Below are positions 1 through 12,165 of a stretch of 64,000 nt of DNA, piece by piece. Both the position numbers and the translations under genes were made by a program. Under the pieces are notes generated by a model that saw only the letters and a list, made by a program, of their open reading frames with translations, was not told the DNA's origin and ran no database searches. The stretch spans positions 562,968-626,967 of the forward strand of contig NW_005434649.1 in the NCBI RefSeq assembly GCF_000315625.1, written 5' to 3'. The stretch comes from Guillardia theta CCMP2712 (taxonomy: Eukaryota > Protista > Cryptophyta). Positions within the stretch are counted from its first letter, which is position 1. Every line of letters starts with the position of its first letter.

Positions 1-27
1 TTAAATCATACTCTACTGCTGAGATTA

Positions 28-98
28 ATCATCATCATCATCATCATCTTCATCATCTTCGTCTTCATCATCATAATCATCAGCAGCAGCAGCAACAG

Positions 99-156
<58 letters not shown>

Positions 157-157
157 T
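28..157. repeat. (CAT)n/(CAG)n microsatellite, probably intronic in fabG
   Basis: Seen directly. Confidence 0.9.
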
Positions 158-187
158 CCATCGTCCCCCCTATCATCGTGTTCTCAC

Positions 188-1062
188 AGGCTCGTCAAAG
201 GACTCAGCGATGGCCTTGAACATGGCGTCCACTTGAGCAGGGTCGGAGGTGTCGGCCTTGACTGCCATGGCCTTCACGCCCATTCCCTCGAGCTCCTTCA
301 CCACGCCCTCTGCTGCCTGCTGCGATCCGGCGTAGTTGACAATGACGTTGGATCCTCTGGGAGGAACGTGGGTAAGCAGACTACAACAGTCGGGGAGACA
401 GGAGGAGTGGGAGGAGGAGGAGAGGAGGAGCGAGATTCGCAAGGTCGTCAAGGGAAGAATATCACAAGCACATGATGAGGAGGGAGAGAGAGAAGTCTTC
501 GCTCTCCTCTGTCCCTCACCTTTTGCCGAGTTCAAGCGCAATGGACTTGCCGATCCCGCGGCTTCACGGAGGAAACGTCAGCCATGGGCACAACGTCTCT
601 ATGACTAAGTGATTCGATCCATCACTCCTTCATTCTTGACCTCCACAATGAGAGCTTCTCTTGCTCATGCTTGTCTTTGGCACAGACTATATCTCCCTTC
701 CGTAGTCTCATCGTCCTGTCACCGCAAAAACTTGCGGATTCGCTTCAAACTGCATCAATACCTATCCTACCACCATACACGAGAATCTGAAGTATTCATC
801 TTAATAGTTTTATCATCATCTCACATCCTCTTCTCTTAGAACGCACATTGAACCTCCAAAACAGCGAATCTCACCTGGCTCCAGTGACAAGGGCAAGAGC
901 CATGGTGGGCCCACGCGCCTCAGCAGATCGTGCTGTCTCAGCAGATCTGAGCTGCAATGATCGTCCTCTCATCATGCTTCCCAGAGGAGTTGGTCCTGCC
1001 ATGAAGGCGCTAGCGTTCGCCGCCATCGCCGCCGCCATCGCAATCGCAATCGTTGCCCGCAT
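188..1062 (-). CDS. fabG: Plastid-targeted 3-oxoacyl-ACP reductase (SDR family); 5' exons only, gene runs off the left edge
   Basis: Signal peptide ending in ASAF plus transit peptide. Spliced exons give ALVTGAS|RGIGKSIALELGK|GSNVIVNYAGSQQAAE...AVKADTSD, i.e. the TGxxxGIG Rossmann motif. Confidence 0.85.
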
Positions 1063-1082
1063 TATGCTCTTTCTCGCGGCCT

Positions 1083-1520
1083 CTGCCCCACCCCCTACCC
1101 CATAAACTCATTTGCTACCTTGATTTTTCACAGACTACCCTGTTTTTCTCTAATCAAAATACCCACCCTCACTAGAGACAGTTGTACCCCCACCCCATCA
1201 TATTAGGTACCCACCAGACCATTTTACCCACCCATTGCTTGCGGATCGTTTAGAACATTTGCGCCCCCCTCTTGCTACAGGGGGTCAGGGGGTAGGGGTA
1301 GTTCACCCCAAGGGTAGTCGAAATTATGGGTAGGGCTCCCCAAAGGATAAACAGAACCCCAGCGATATAGGTACAAAAAGGGGGTAATAGATCGATTGGG
1401 TGGGGTGGCTAGTATCAGCCGTGGTTTACACATACAAATCCTGGTGGACGGGTGAGGTTGACTGTATCACGTACCCCCTTCAAAGGTACCCCTCTCTGGG
1501 ACCTTGGTAGGACCCCATAG
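1083..1520. promoter_or_regulatory. TACCCC/GGGGTA motif cluster upstream of fabG
   Basis: Many TACCC/GGGTA/GTACC words; similar clusters occur upstream of other genes in the window. Confidence 0.45.
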
Positions 1521-1623
1521 TATACTCTGTCATGGAATTTACTGCGGCGGGCCCGGAAAACCTCAGTAACTAATTTTTAACTTAACTTTGCCAGAAGACC
1601 GCAGGCTTCAGGGTCCGGGAGGC

Positions 1624-3085
1624 TCACTGCCGGCTGTGGAGACGAGAACTCTTGGCATCGATCACTTCTCTAAGCAATCTGATCTCATTGCCCAACTAAC
1701 AAAAACAAAGTCTCAGACAAGGAACCGGACGGCCACACGGGCAAGCGGAAGTTGTAAATGTCGGATCGCCATAAATGACACTTAGGTTACCGTAGTAATC
1801 TCGTTCGACTTCGAGTTGATGGCTGCCTTGAATTCATACCTCAAATCTGTCAACGCAGAGTTAAACAACCAATCTGCCTGATGAAGGAAAGTGTTGGGCG
1901 TTAAGACCGTAGGCCGGTACGTACCTTCATTCTTGGCTTGCTCGAGCTTCTTCGACAGATCAGTGATCTCGGACATCGCCTCTGCTATCTCCTTCTCCTT
2001 CGCTTGGATCTGCCGGACCTCCTGCACCTCAAAGCTCCTCCTGCACATGCCCCCTCCCGTCATCCTACCGAGCGGCACTGCATGCAAGCACACAACAGTC
2101 TCACATTGTGGGCTTGAGCTTGACTTGCTCTGACAGGACGGTGGCGTTGCGGTTGATGAGAGTCTGTCTGAGGAAGGCCACTCGCTCTCGCTGCTCGGAT
2201 ATCTTGGAGGCCGTCGGAGTGAGCAGGGCAGCCCGACATGACGCATGCTCATGCCGTACCTGAGCCTTGTACTCGTCGACCTTGCGCCTGGAGCAGTTGG
2301 AGTCCGAGAGCTTGTGGAGGTGCGCGGCCATCTGCTGGAGAGTCTCGCTGTTGCGCCTGTGATGGTCCCGCACCCTGACAGCGCATCGGGCATGAGAGGA
2401 GCGAGAGGAGGGAGGAGAGATGAGCGTACTCTTCGGTTTTCCAGGGGTCTGCTGGGGGAGGAGCGATTGATTGACTGACGGAGCTTGATCTTGCGGATCT
2501 GTGCTGATTGGGAGGGAGCTGGAGGACGGGCTGAGAGCCGCGACGAGGGCGAGGAGCATCAGACTTGTTGGGGGCACTGGCGTCGGAGCTGTCAGCGGTT
2601 GCGGGAGGTTTCATGGGCAGGATCTTGACATTTGGATCATTGAGTAGGGGCTTGTTGTTCCTGATAGCTCTCGATCGCTTTGGTTCACATATGCCGCATC
2701 CTGCCAGCAGCTGATCGATCATCTTGCTTTCCTGCTGCAAATCGTCACTCAGGTGTCAAGTTGTGTCAGAAAGCTTGTAGTAGGTAGATGGTCATCATCA
2801 GGTTCGTGTATCGTTATCTATTTCCATATTTTTGTTGAAGCCAAAGCAATGTTTTCACTCAAACTTAATGTTGCTATGATTCAAAGTTTCAAACTCAACT
2901 TCTTGTCACTTTGAATCATGTCATGTCAGTCTGGTTCATCCGCTGAACGTCACGGCAAAATCTACGAGTTTGTTCTAGGGCTCTAACCTTCCTATTAGAG
3001 CTTTCCCTTCATTCATCTCTCGGTCTCGTTTTTCAATCTGTGCTCTCCTCTCAGAGCACTTCTGCAGAACGACTCCTGCCTCCAT
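1624..3085 (-). CDS. Multi-exon coiled-coil hypothetical protein, paralog A of an inverted pair
   Basis: GT-AG splicing joins QESKMIDQLL...PWKTEE|VRDHHRRNSETLQQM...|ISEQRERV...|RSFEVQEVRQIQAKEKEIAE...|DLRYEFKAAINS|NEIRLLREVIDAK. Start codon is approximate. Confidence 0.6.
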
Positions 3086-4675
3086 GGCGGCAGCGGACCC
3101 TTGTAGCCATGGATAGCGCACGTTAGTTCTAGTCCGGGCCTTGCGAGTTGGTGCCGGTCTTGTAAGGGTAGGGGTACCACCAATGTTTCCTGCACCGGTA
3201 CATAGATGCCGTGAGCTGTGGGTGCCACTTAGCCTGTCGGTGTGGGTGGGGTAGGGTGGAGGTGCGGAATCGGTACCGTCCGGTAGGTGGAGTCAAACTA
3301 GTAAAAAAGAGACTTTGAAAAATCGAGCGTTACATGGGAGATTAGGTGAAAATCAGCCCTAACGAATCTTATCGCGGTGATTCCCTACCAGGTGCTCCGA
3401 GTACCCCTACCCCCCCATATGAAATCAAGTAAACTTTTGTTAGTTCAGCCCTACCCCACCACCATAGCAAAGCACCACCATCCTGAAATTCACCCCAACT
3501 TGTGATATAAAGTGTACCGGTCATGGCAGAACCCACCCCCCTCTTTCAAAGTTACCAAACGAGAAAGTTACCTTTTTGGCGACCCACCCCTACTTTGGCT
3601 CCACCCTCACCGGCACTGCCGTCTCAGAAGATGCTTGACAGATGCGAATGAAACATACGATGGCTCGGGGGAGGAAGGAGACCAGAGGAAGAGAAGAGGC
3701 GAATGGGAGCGAGTTCGAACCCTTCATAGAGGCACAGGGTCTTGAGCAGAAGAAGAAAATTCGATCAACGAAGCAGGAATGACGAGAGCAGGCTCAACAG
3801 AGCAGAACAAACCTGTATTGCCACGAATGTTCCCAGAGCCATTCGAGAACAGCAATGAATGAAATTTCTGGCGCTTTACTGAATGTTTGTTGCAGGAAAG
3901 CAACATGATCGATCAGCTCTTGGACATATGCAGATCTTATCGAAGGGAACGCATAAGTCAGCCCAACGAACAGGAATACTCGATCATTTCGAAACTTCCT
4001 CGCTCCACCTCCGACAGCTCCGACGCCAGTGCCCCCAACAAGTCTGATGCTCCTCGCCCTCGTCGCGGCTCTCAGCCCGTCCTCCAGCTCCCTCCCGATC
4101 AGCACAGATCCGCAAGATCAAGCTCCGTCAGTCAATCAATCGCTCCTCCCCCAGCAGACCCCTGGAAAACCGAAGAGTACGCTCACCTCTCCTCCCTCCT
4201 CTCGCTCCTCTCATGCCCGACGCGCTGTCAGGGTGCGGGACCATCACAGGCGCAACAGCGAGACTCTCCAGCAGATGGCCGCGCACCTCCACAAGCTCTC
4301 GGACTCCAACTGCTCCAGGCGCAAGGTCGACGAGTACAAGGCTCAGGTACGGCATGAGCATGCGTCATGTCGGGCTGCCCTGCTCACTCCGACGGCCTCC
4401 AAGATATCCGAGCAGCGAGAGCGAGTGGCCTTCCTCAGACAGACTCTCATCAACCGCAACGCCACCGTCCTGTCAGAGCAAGTCAAGCTCAAGCCCACAG
4501 TGTGAGACTGTTGTGTGCTTGCATGCAGTGCCGCTCGGTAGGATGACGGGAGGGGGCATGTGCAGGAGGAGCTTTGAGGTGCAGGAGGTCCGGCAGATCC
4601 AAGCGAAGGAGAAGGAGATAGCGGAGGCGATGTCCGAGATCACTGATCTGTCGAAGAAGCTCGAGCAAGCCAAGA
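1931..4675. repeat. Inverted repeat: arms 1931-2593 and 4013-4675 (663 bp, about 5 mismatches), spacer about 1.4 kb
   Basis: Direct reverse-complement comparison; near-identical ORF translations on opposite strands. Confidence 0.92.
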
Positions 4676-4731
4676 GTAGAGGTGGTTGACTACGTTCTTC
4701 ACCCCGCCCCTTATGCTACTCGTTCTGTTGT

Positions 4732-4766
<35 letters not shown>

Positions 4767-5043
4767 CTCTCCCGTTTCTGATAACTCTGAGTCAAACATG
4801 TCATGTGCTCGGCATCGTGAACTCGGAACAGATATCAAAGAAAGGCTTAAAACTGAAGTGTACATCAGGACCGATGATATCATGAAGGTAACTTGAATTT
4901 GCATACAAGTTGCCCTGTAACTCACTGTTCTATGCTAATTTTCCATTCTTCGTTCGTAGCTGCAAGGTGAGATTCAATTTCTGAAAGAAGTAATCAAGGT
5001 AAAGGCTAGACGTCATAAACTAAAACCCCAGCTCAAAATGTAG
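3648..5043 (+). CDS. Multi-exon coiled-coil hypothetical protein, paralog B of the inverted pair
   Basis: Same exon structure as paralog A; last exons read IKERLKTEVYIRTDDIMK|LQGEIQFLKEVIK. Start codon is approximate. Confidence 0.6.
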
Positions 5044-5797
5044 CTGGTACGCGAGTCAGCGCAACTTCGGAACTGAGTACAAACTCACCGTCACTGTCGC
5101 TGATATCCGGCAGAGGTCGAAACTTGACAGATCGGAAACTTGAAGTCACTAGTAAACGGTGAATTGCTTGCCAGTGCCTTGACATGATGAACCTTTCAAC
5201 CGTCGCAATTGCTCTTTGTAACGGTCGTTTGACCGTTGAGGCCAAAAATGCGGACCCTGCGAGACTATTCCAACCCTACCTACCCCACAAACCACCCTAC
5301 TCAATATAGCAGTACCGGTGATTTCAATTATCAAGATAACCCCTACGACCCCATCTTTGGTACCCCCACACCCATCGTTTTCTGAGGCAACGACTCGTAC
5401 GAAAGGGTTGGGTTGTGAATTGGGTCCTTTCAGCATGTGGTGGGGTCCAGTATCAATGACAGGGTGGGGTGGTCACATTCACCCTGGTCCATGACTGGTT
5501 ATGCAGGGGTATGCATGACAAGTGCTGTGGCAATGGGGGGTACACAAGAATCAAAATTGGGGGTCATACGCTAGGCAGTTCGACATTTTAGGGGGTGGGG
5601 GTGGGATGACTGGGATTTCAACGCACGAAATCCATGCTGGCAGTGCGGGGCCAGCAACGAGGGAGCGGAGGAGGAGAGGGAGCAGGAGGAGTGAACTCCG
5701 AGCGAAGGACATGAAGGAAACTTTTGGATTACAACAGCTAGACAAGGTGCTGAGGCCATGAGCATCAAGATGTTCGTGGCATGCAGGTAACAGAACC

Positions 5798-6748
5798 ATG
5801 GAAACTGACGACGAAGCTGGAGGCTCGTTAGACGCCGGGCCATCATGCAGGCCTGAGCGTCTCAAGGATGTTGATAGCTGCGGAATCGAAAGCAGGGCGA
5901 GGTTCGGCTGCGTTCATAGATGGATCGTGGTGGCAGCTGGTGTATCGGTACTTGTTTGCGGATTTTTCGCGTGCGCCGCAAGCATGAAGGCGTCTAGTTC
6001 GTTGAGAAGAATGTCGCGCATTCATCTGTGCAAACGAGTCCGGGACGTCAGCATGAAGTGTTCCAGCCATTCTCTTCCGTCTGCTGATGTGACATCAGCC
6101 TTGGTCCACCAATATCCGAGCACTGTAGGGGGTGTGGGTTTCGAAGAATGTGTGCAGGCACTCGACCATGACGTGAACAGGAAACGATCTTCTCCTCCTC
6201 TTGATCGCTTGTTCTCGATGATTCTCACCACCAGCCTCTCTCTTCATCTCGCCATCTCCCTCCCTCTTCTTGCCGTCGGCTCTGGCTGGTTGCTACCAAG
6301 GTATGCTCTGAGCTCCCACAAGTTCCGCACGGTTGACCCGCCAACCGTTCTCTGGTACTGCTCTATCATATCCAGCGGGATCTCGGGACTAGTTTGTCTC
6401 CTCCTCGGCCTTTCGTTGTGCTCCGTTGCATTCACGATTCAGACGATGCTGCGAGGAGGAGGGAGGATGAGTAGCTGGCAGGACTGGATGTCACCGGCAC
6501 TGGGACAGCTGCAGCTGAGCACTTTTTGGAGCTGTTCAGGAAGAGATCAGTCATGTGTGGATGAAGCAGCATGCAAGTTTCTTGTTGACTGTGCGGCCGA
6601 TGGAGCGCAGAGTCTGCTAGGGGTTGGCGTTCCTCTGGTGATGACCGGAGTGGTGGCGTTCCTGGCGACCTGTTTCATGGCTCTGACCCGACGCTCGCTC
6701 GCAGGAAAGGCATCCTTTGACCAGGGCGCTCAGAGCTGTTTGCGGTGA
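5798..6748 (+). CDS. Multi-pass membrane protein with a Cys-rich loop before the last TM (loosely tetraspanin-like)
   Basis: 316-aa ORF with about 5 hydrophobic segments. Confidence 0.6.
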   Translation: METDDEAGGSLDAGPSCRPERLKDVDSCGIESRARFGCVHRWIVVAAGVSVLVCGFFACAASMKASSSLRRMSRIHLCKRVRDVSMKCSSHSLPSADVTSALVHQYPSTVGGVGFEECVQALDHDVNRKRSSPPLDRLFSMILTTSLSLHLAISLPLLAVGSGWLLPRYALSSHKFRTVDPPTVLWYCSIISSGISGLVCLLLGLSLCSVAFTIQTMLRGGGRMSSWQDWMSPALGQLQLSTFWSCSGRDQSCVDEAACKFLVDCAADGAQSLLGVGVPLVMTGVVAFLATCFMALTRRSLAGKASFDQGAQSCLR

Positions 6749-6931
6749 CGAGTAGCAAGTGGGTTGGGATAGAAGGGCCCGTACAACGTCGATGTGCATA
6801 GAGGAAGGCAAGCTGGCGATGGAGCATAACAAGGTTTAAGACATGTAAATGATATCAATGTTGAAGGTTGATAAAGTGAAAAGTGAAACTATACATGGAC
6901 GACTACATGCAAGGGGAGGCTGCCAGCAGCG

Positions 6932-9900
6932 TCAGCGGAAGTGCCATCTGTTCTGCCATGTCTGAGACATCGATTTGATGCCCTTCTCCTTCGCCACCTC
7001 GATCACCAGACTGTCAAGCACGTGCATCGCCTTCAGCATAAAGCTCGCCTCTGCGAACGGCTCCAAACTTTGTCTCCTCCTCTTCCCCTCTATCTCCAGC
7101 ATCTTGGTCCATTCTTCATCCTGCGGGAGAGACGTCTCCTGCTCAGCCTCCCATGCTGAAATCACCTCGACCAGCCGCTCCCGGCTCGGAGTACCTCCCT
7201 CCTCCATCCCTTTCAGTTTTCTCTGCGCGCTGATCGGGATCCGCCGGAACAGGCTGTGCAGCTCCACCCGTGACGCATCTTGCCACCTGCGCGGCAGGGC
7301 ATGCGGGGAGGAGATGGGAGCATAGAGTCCAATCCTGCGCTCTGCTTCCTCCGCCTCCTCTCCCGCAGCGCTAGAGATCAGGCTCACGACTCCACTGCCC
7401 ACCTCGTGGTTCACCAGCTCCCCCTGCTCGTTGACCAGCTCTGTGAAGACGATGATCTCAGCTCGCAGGAACTCCTCTCTTTCCTTGATGGCTTCCAAGA
7501 TGAGCTCTCGGCTCCTGCTGGACAAGGACGAGGAGGTTGAGAGCTTCTGGGTGTGGTTGACGACATAGGCATGATCGGAACTGGAGAAGGGGATGGAAGC
7601 GCTGCCTACCTGCAACAGATCTGCGAGCGTGACGATCCCAGAGCGGTACTGCTGCATGAAGTCGACGGCAACGATGATCTCCCTCCCCTCCATGCTCGTC
7701 CCGTTGGTCGGAGGGCAGGAGATACTCTTAACCGTCAGCACGATGGCTTCCTTGTCCTTGGTCTGCGACTTGCGGCCGAAGAGAGCAGAAGAGAACTCTT
7801 CGATGTCGATGTTGCCGTCCCCGTCGACGTCCATGTAGCTGTGCAACTTCTCTCGATCGCCGTAACGCAGCGAGAAAGGAGGAGCCTGGAGGGCAGCGTG
7901 GAATTCGGCCTTGGACAGCCACCCGTTGTCGTGCTTGTCGTATGACTTGAAGATGGAGAAGATGTCCGCTCCTACTCCCTCCCCTCCTCGGGCCTTGGCT
8001 TTCGAGTCCCTGCCCTCCATGATCTTGAGGAGTCCCCGAGCAAGCAGCAGGAACTCTGAGCTCTTGACGTTAGAGTGCTGCTCTCGTTTCCTCACGTTCT
8101 CGTTCGCCATGGCGAGGTTGGTCGCGTCCTTCAGCTCCTTGTTCGCATTTTTCTTGCTGGAGTCCAGGCTGAGCTCTAGAGCCAGGTGGAGGTCGTTGGT
8201 CCGCAGCAGCACGTTGCACTCTGCTGCGATCAACGCAGAGATCACAGACTGGCTGTCATACCTCGCAGCAACGTGGATAGGGGCCCATCCGAGGTTGGAA
8301 GGGGCGTCGATGTCAGCCTGCATCTTGATCAGCAGTCTTGCCGTCTTTGCATCGTCAACGGCTGCTGCCGCATGCAAGGGTGTCCATCCAGCCTTGTCCC
8401 GCACGTTCAGCCTCGCCTTCCTCTCTACCAGCATCTTGCATGCCTCGTGCCCAGCGGAGTGCAGAGGAGACTTGCCGTTGCTGTCTTGAATGTTCACCTT
8501 GGCTCCATGCTTGAGTAGAAATTCGAGCATGTCAGTGCGAGCATAGAAAGCAGCGTAATGGAGGGCGGCTGCCCCATTCTTGTCTTGTCTGTTGACAATA
8601 CCCGAGTTCCCGAAATCCTTCGTCTCTCCCATGTGTATGAGCTGCTTCGCAAACTCCGTACTGCCATCTCTGGCGGCGACATGGAGCTGTGTCAGGTATC
8701 TCTCCTCCTCCCGCCGCTTCTGGTGTGTTTCTGAGGAGTTGGGCTCGAACATCTGACTATCCTCCTCGCTGACAACCGCCGCGTGCAGAGCCCCATCGCC
8801 CACCCCGAAGGACCATGACCGCTGCACGTCGTCGATTGCAGCTCTCCAGTCGTCTTCACTCTTGACGTAGCAGACCTGCGTGCGGCACAACCATCAGAGC
8901 GTCTCCCGTCTCCCTCCAATGAGAGACAACCTGCCCTGAGTTCTTCGAGAAGCAGAGGGCAACGTGATCTCCAAAGATTTTGTTCAGCTTCGCCTTGCAC
9001 TCCACCCACTGCGAGTTGATCTGCAAGAATGTTACACCCTCTGGACGAGGATGATCGACCTCCGTCACCTGCATCCTGAGCCGGATCGGATCCTCGTCAC
9101 CCTCGTAGCACATGAGCAGGAAGGCGGTGAGGGGCTCGCGCTTGACTGCGGCATCGGATTCCAGCATGCTCCTCAAATTCTGCTCAGCTTGTCGCTGTTT
9201 GGACGCAAGATCTTCGTGAGTCCCAGAGGACCTCAGCAGGATCAAGAAACATTTCCCGTCGAAGAAGTGGTCGTCTAAGACAAGCTTCTTGAAGTCTTCC
9301 CAGTCTTTCTGGTTGCTGATCTCCTTCACCTTGTTCTGTGGAGGTGCTCCGAACGAGAGGAACGATCGGAACCCAGCCCTGCTGCGGCTGTTCAGGACCC
9401 AAGGGATCTGACGGACCTTGTTGCAGATCGCGCTCCACTTCTCATCAGTGTTGACAGCGAACGAGCCGATCAACGGCAGGTTGTCAATGTCCATGTCACT
9501 CACTTTCTCCTCCTCGTACCCTTGGAGGTGCAGCCCCGAGAGGCAGTTCACCTCCCAGCTCAGCTGCCCGTCCTGTCTGCCGTCGTTCGACTCCTCCTCC
9601 GCCGAGTTCAAGTCGAGTTGACAGAAGGACGAGGAAGGGACTAGAAGGAGGTGAGCCTCGAACCGGCTGTCTTCATCGAAGAGCGAGTCCACGACCTGGT
9701 CAAAAGCGCTCTCGGTCGTGATGAAGGCGCCGCCTGTTGTGTCTCCGCGCTCAAGGGGTCTGACGTTGAAGTCTTTCCCGATGGAGAACCTGATCTCGCT
9801 CTTCAGCTTGCTCCAGCTCAGCTCGTTAGCGTCGATCTCCAACTTCCGCACGTCACTCTCCCCTTCCCTGTGCAGGATAAGCTTGCAGACGGGGACCAGG

Positions 9901-10289
9901 TCGATGTCGAGGGTGTACATGACAGGGAAAGAGTCCTCCATGTACTCCAAGCATGCGTTGAATGACTTGTTGTCCTCCACCACAACGGTCGCCTCCCTTG
10001 CTCCCTCGTACCTCCTGTACTCAAACCTCCTGCACACCAGCCCTGCCATGGCGCTCAGCCGCTGCATCAGCACTTCAAACATCCCCTTCCTGAGATCCCC
10101 TCCTGCATCTCCATCCTGACCCGCGAACAACTCTTCTGCTGTCACCTCCATGACGCCGATCTCCATGTTCCTCCTCCTGAACGTCTGCGGTCGCTGCATG
10201 AGATGGGCGCTGAACCGGTAAGTCTCAGGTGTGGAGGCGAGAGGGGCTGCCGCATCCTCGTCATCAGAGAGAAGGTCTCCTGTCAACAT
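6932..10289 (-). CDS. About 1100-aa protein: tandem PB1-like modules + ankyrin repeats + EF-hand pair + C2-like region
   Basis: Two ORFs joined by a GT-AG intron at 8876-8930. Ankyrin motifs GAAALHYAA, GKSPLHSA, GWTPLHAAA, GWAPIHVAA; EF loops DKHDNGWLSKAE and DVDGDGNIDIEE. Confidence 0.85.
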
Positions 10290-10389
10290 GGCGAGGACAG
10301 GAGGGCTGTCTCCCGAATAGAAGAGGGTGAAGGAGCTGGCGGTGATGTCAGGGCAAGAGAGAAGGCTCCTGGTATGGGAAGATCGATAT

Positions 10390-11130
10390 GAGAGGAGGGG
10401 GAGGAGGGGGAGGGAGAAAGGGAGTAGGAGCGAGAGAGGGAGTCAGAGAGGGAGGGAGTAAGCAGGAGCAGGAGACGATACGAAAGAGAGACGGAGAGAC
10501 GGAGGGAGGAGAATGAGAGAGGATCGGAGGGATGCAGTTAGGGAGGAGAGGGAGGAGAGGAAGGAGAGGGAGGAGAGGGAGTAGAGGGAGGGGAGGGAGG
10601 AGAGGGAGAAGAGGGAGAAGAGGGAGGAGAGGGAGGGGAGGGAGGTGAGGAGGGGGAGGGAAGGGAGGGTAGGGAGGGGGAGGGAGAGAGGGAAGGGAAG
10701 AAGGGGAGGGTAGGGACGGTAGGGAAGGGGANNNNNNNNNNNNNNNNNNNNNNNNNNNNNNNNNNNNNNNNNNNNNNNNNNNNNNNNNNNNNNNNNNNNN
10801 NNNNNNNNNNNNNNNNNNNNNNNNNNNNNNNNNNNNNNNNNNNNNNNNNNNNNNNNNNNNNNNNNNNNNNNNNNNNNNNNNNNNNNNNNNNNNNNNNNNN
10901 NNNNNNNNNNNNNNNNNNNNNNNNNNNNNNNNNNNNNNNNNNNNNNNNNNNNNNNNNNNNNNNNNNNNNNNNNNNNNNNNNNNNNNNNNNNNNNGGAGGA
11001 GAGGGAGGGGAGGGAGGGGAGGGTAGGGAGGGTAGGGAGGGGAGGGAGGAGAGGGAGGAGAGGGAGGAGAAGGTGACGCGGGACGGCGCGGGAGGGGAGG
11101 GGAGGGGAAGAGAAGGAGCGGGAGGCGGGA
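10390..11130. repeat. Polypurine (G/A) low-complexity tract containing an assembly gap (10732-10994)
   Basis: Seen directly. Confidence 0.9.
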
Positions 11131-11265
11131 GGAGCTCCTTTCCCTTTCCGAAGCCTGGCAATAAATAAACAATAAAATATGAAAAATACAATAAATAAAT
11201 GAAAGACTTTTCTTGAAGGGAACCATAGCCAATAAACCCACAATAGGATACGGCGTTGAGAGGTT

Positions 11266-11941
11266 ATGCTGGCGTCGCTCGTCGAAGGATACAGCTCGGA
11301 GGAGGAGGAGGAGGAGGAGGAGGCGAAGGGGAAGGAGGAGAAGGCAGGGAAGGGTAAGGACACTAAGGAGAATGCTGCAGAGGGGAAGGACAAGGAAGGG
11401 GCGGAGGGATCAGGTGAGCCAGCCATCCTAGGCCCCCTCTGCTCCCTAACGCTGTGAAATGTCCAGGAGCGAAGAAAAGGAAGCTACCGAGCGCTTCGCA
11501 GATGATGGCCTCGACAAGTAGCTGGGCAAGGGACGACGATGAGCAGACCGAGGAGAAGAGCGTCGATCGGATCGGCAAGGAGTACCACAACGTTCCTCCC
11601 CCCACTGGCGTGAGGGCTAGTGATACCATCGGGGAACGAGCGGACTACATCAAGCCAGCGGTCGGAACGTCTGTGGATGCAAACAAGGTCATCACACTGT
11701 CATCAATCACTACGAGGAGGTCGCCTGTCATCCTGAGCTCCTTGCGCAGGTGTACACTGGCCAGAGGATGCTGGCGAATAGCTCCTTGGTACCTCCGCAG
11801 CTGAAAGGGAGGAAGAACGTGAACACGGAGGACGTTGGGTGAGTCATGCAGCATACTTGTGTGTGGAGCATGTGCTGAGGAGAACTTTCCTTCAGGTCCT
11901 GGACGACAGAGAAGAGATACAAGTCGAAAACATCCGAGTAA
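11266..11941 (+). CDS. Small multi-exon hypothetical protein, possibly nuclear
   Basis: MLASLVEGYSSEEE..., a KKRK NLS-like motif and LVPPQLKGRKNVNTED, joined through GT-AG introns. Confidence 0.6.
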
Positions 11942-12165
11942 CGCTGCACAGCTCTTATGCTCAGAGTGTTTGTTTGCGGGCAGACACAGTGAACAAGGGG
12001 TCTTTCTAGCATTTTCACCCCTTAGTTACATCCTCCTTGCCCAAGGGATCGGGCCTGCCCCTTCCCTCCCTCCTCGCCTCCCTCCTCCCTCCTCGCCCTT
12101 CCCATTCCTCGCTATCTCTTCCTCCTTTCATGCCCCCCTCGATCCCTCTTCTCTGCTTCCGTTCT

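Noticed and set aside
1083-1520. Interstitial telomeric repeats
   Set aside because: The G/C-run words are irregularly spaced and in mixed orientation, not a tandem telomere unit.
4029-4505. Secreted-looking ORF MPPTSLMLLALVAALS (and its mirror at 2101-2577)
   Set aside because: Splice phase and homology between the paralogs support the other frame (QESxMIDQLL...PWKTEE); the apparent signal peptide is off-frame.
1931-4675. DNA transposon with long terminal inverted repeats
   Set aside because: The arms are internal exon/intron segments of two paralogous genes; no transposase or target-site duplication is visible.
10348-11426. Pro/Leu/Ser-rich ORFs spanning Ns
   Set aside because: Low-complexity polypurine tract plus an assembly gap.
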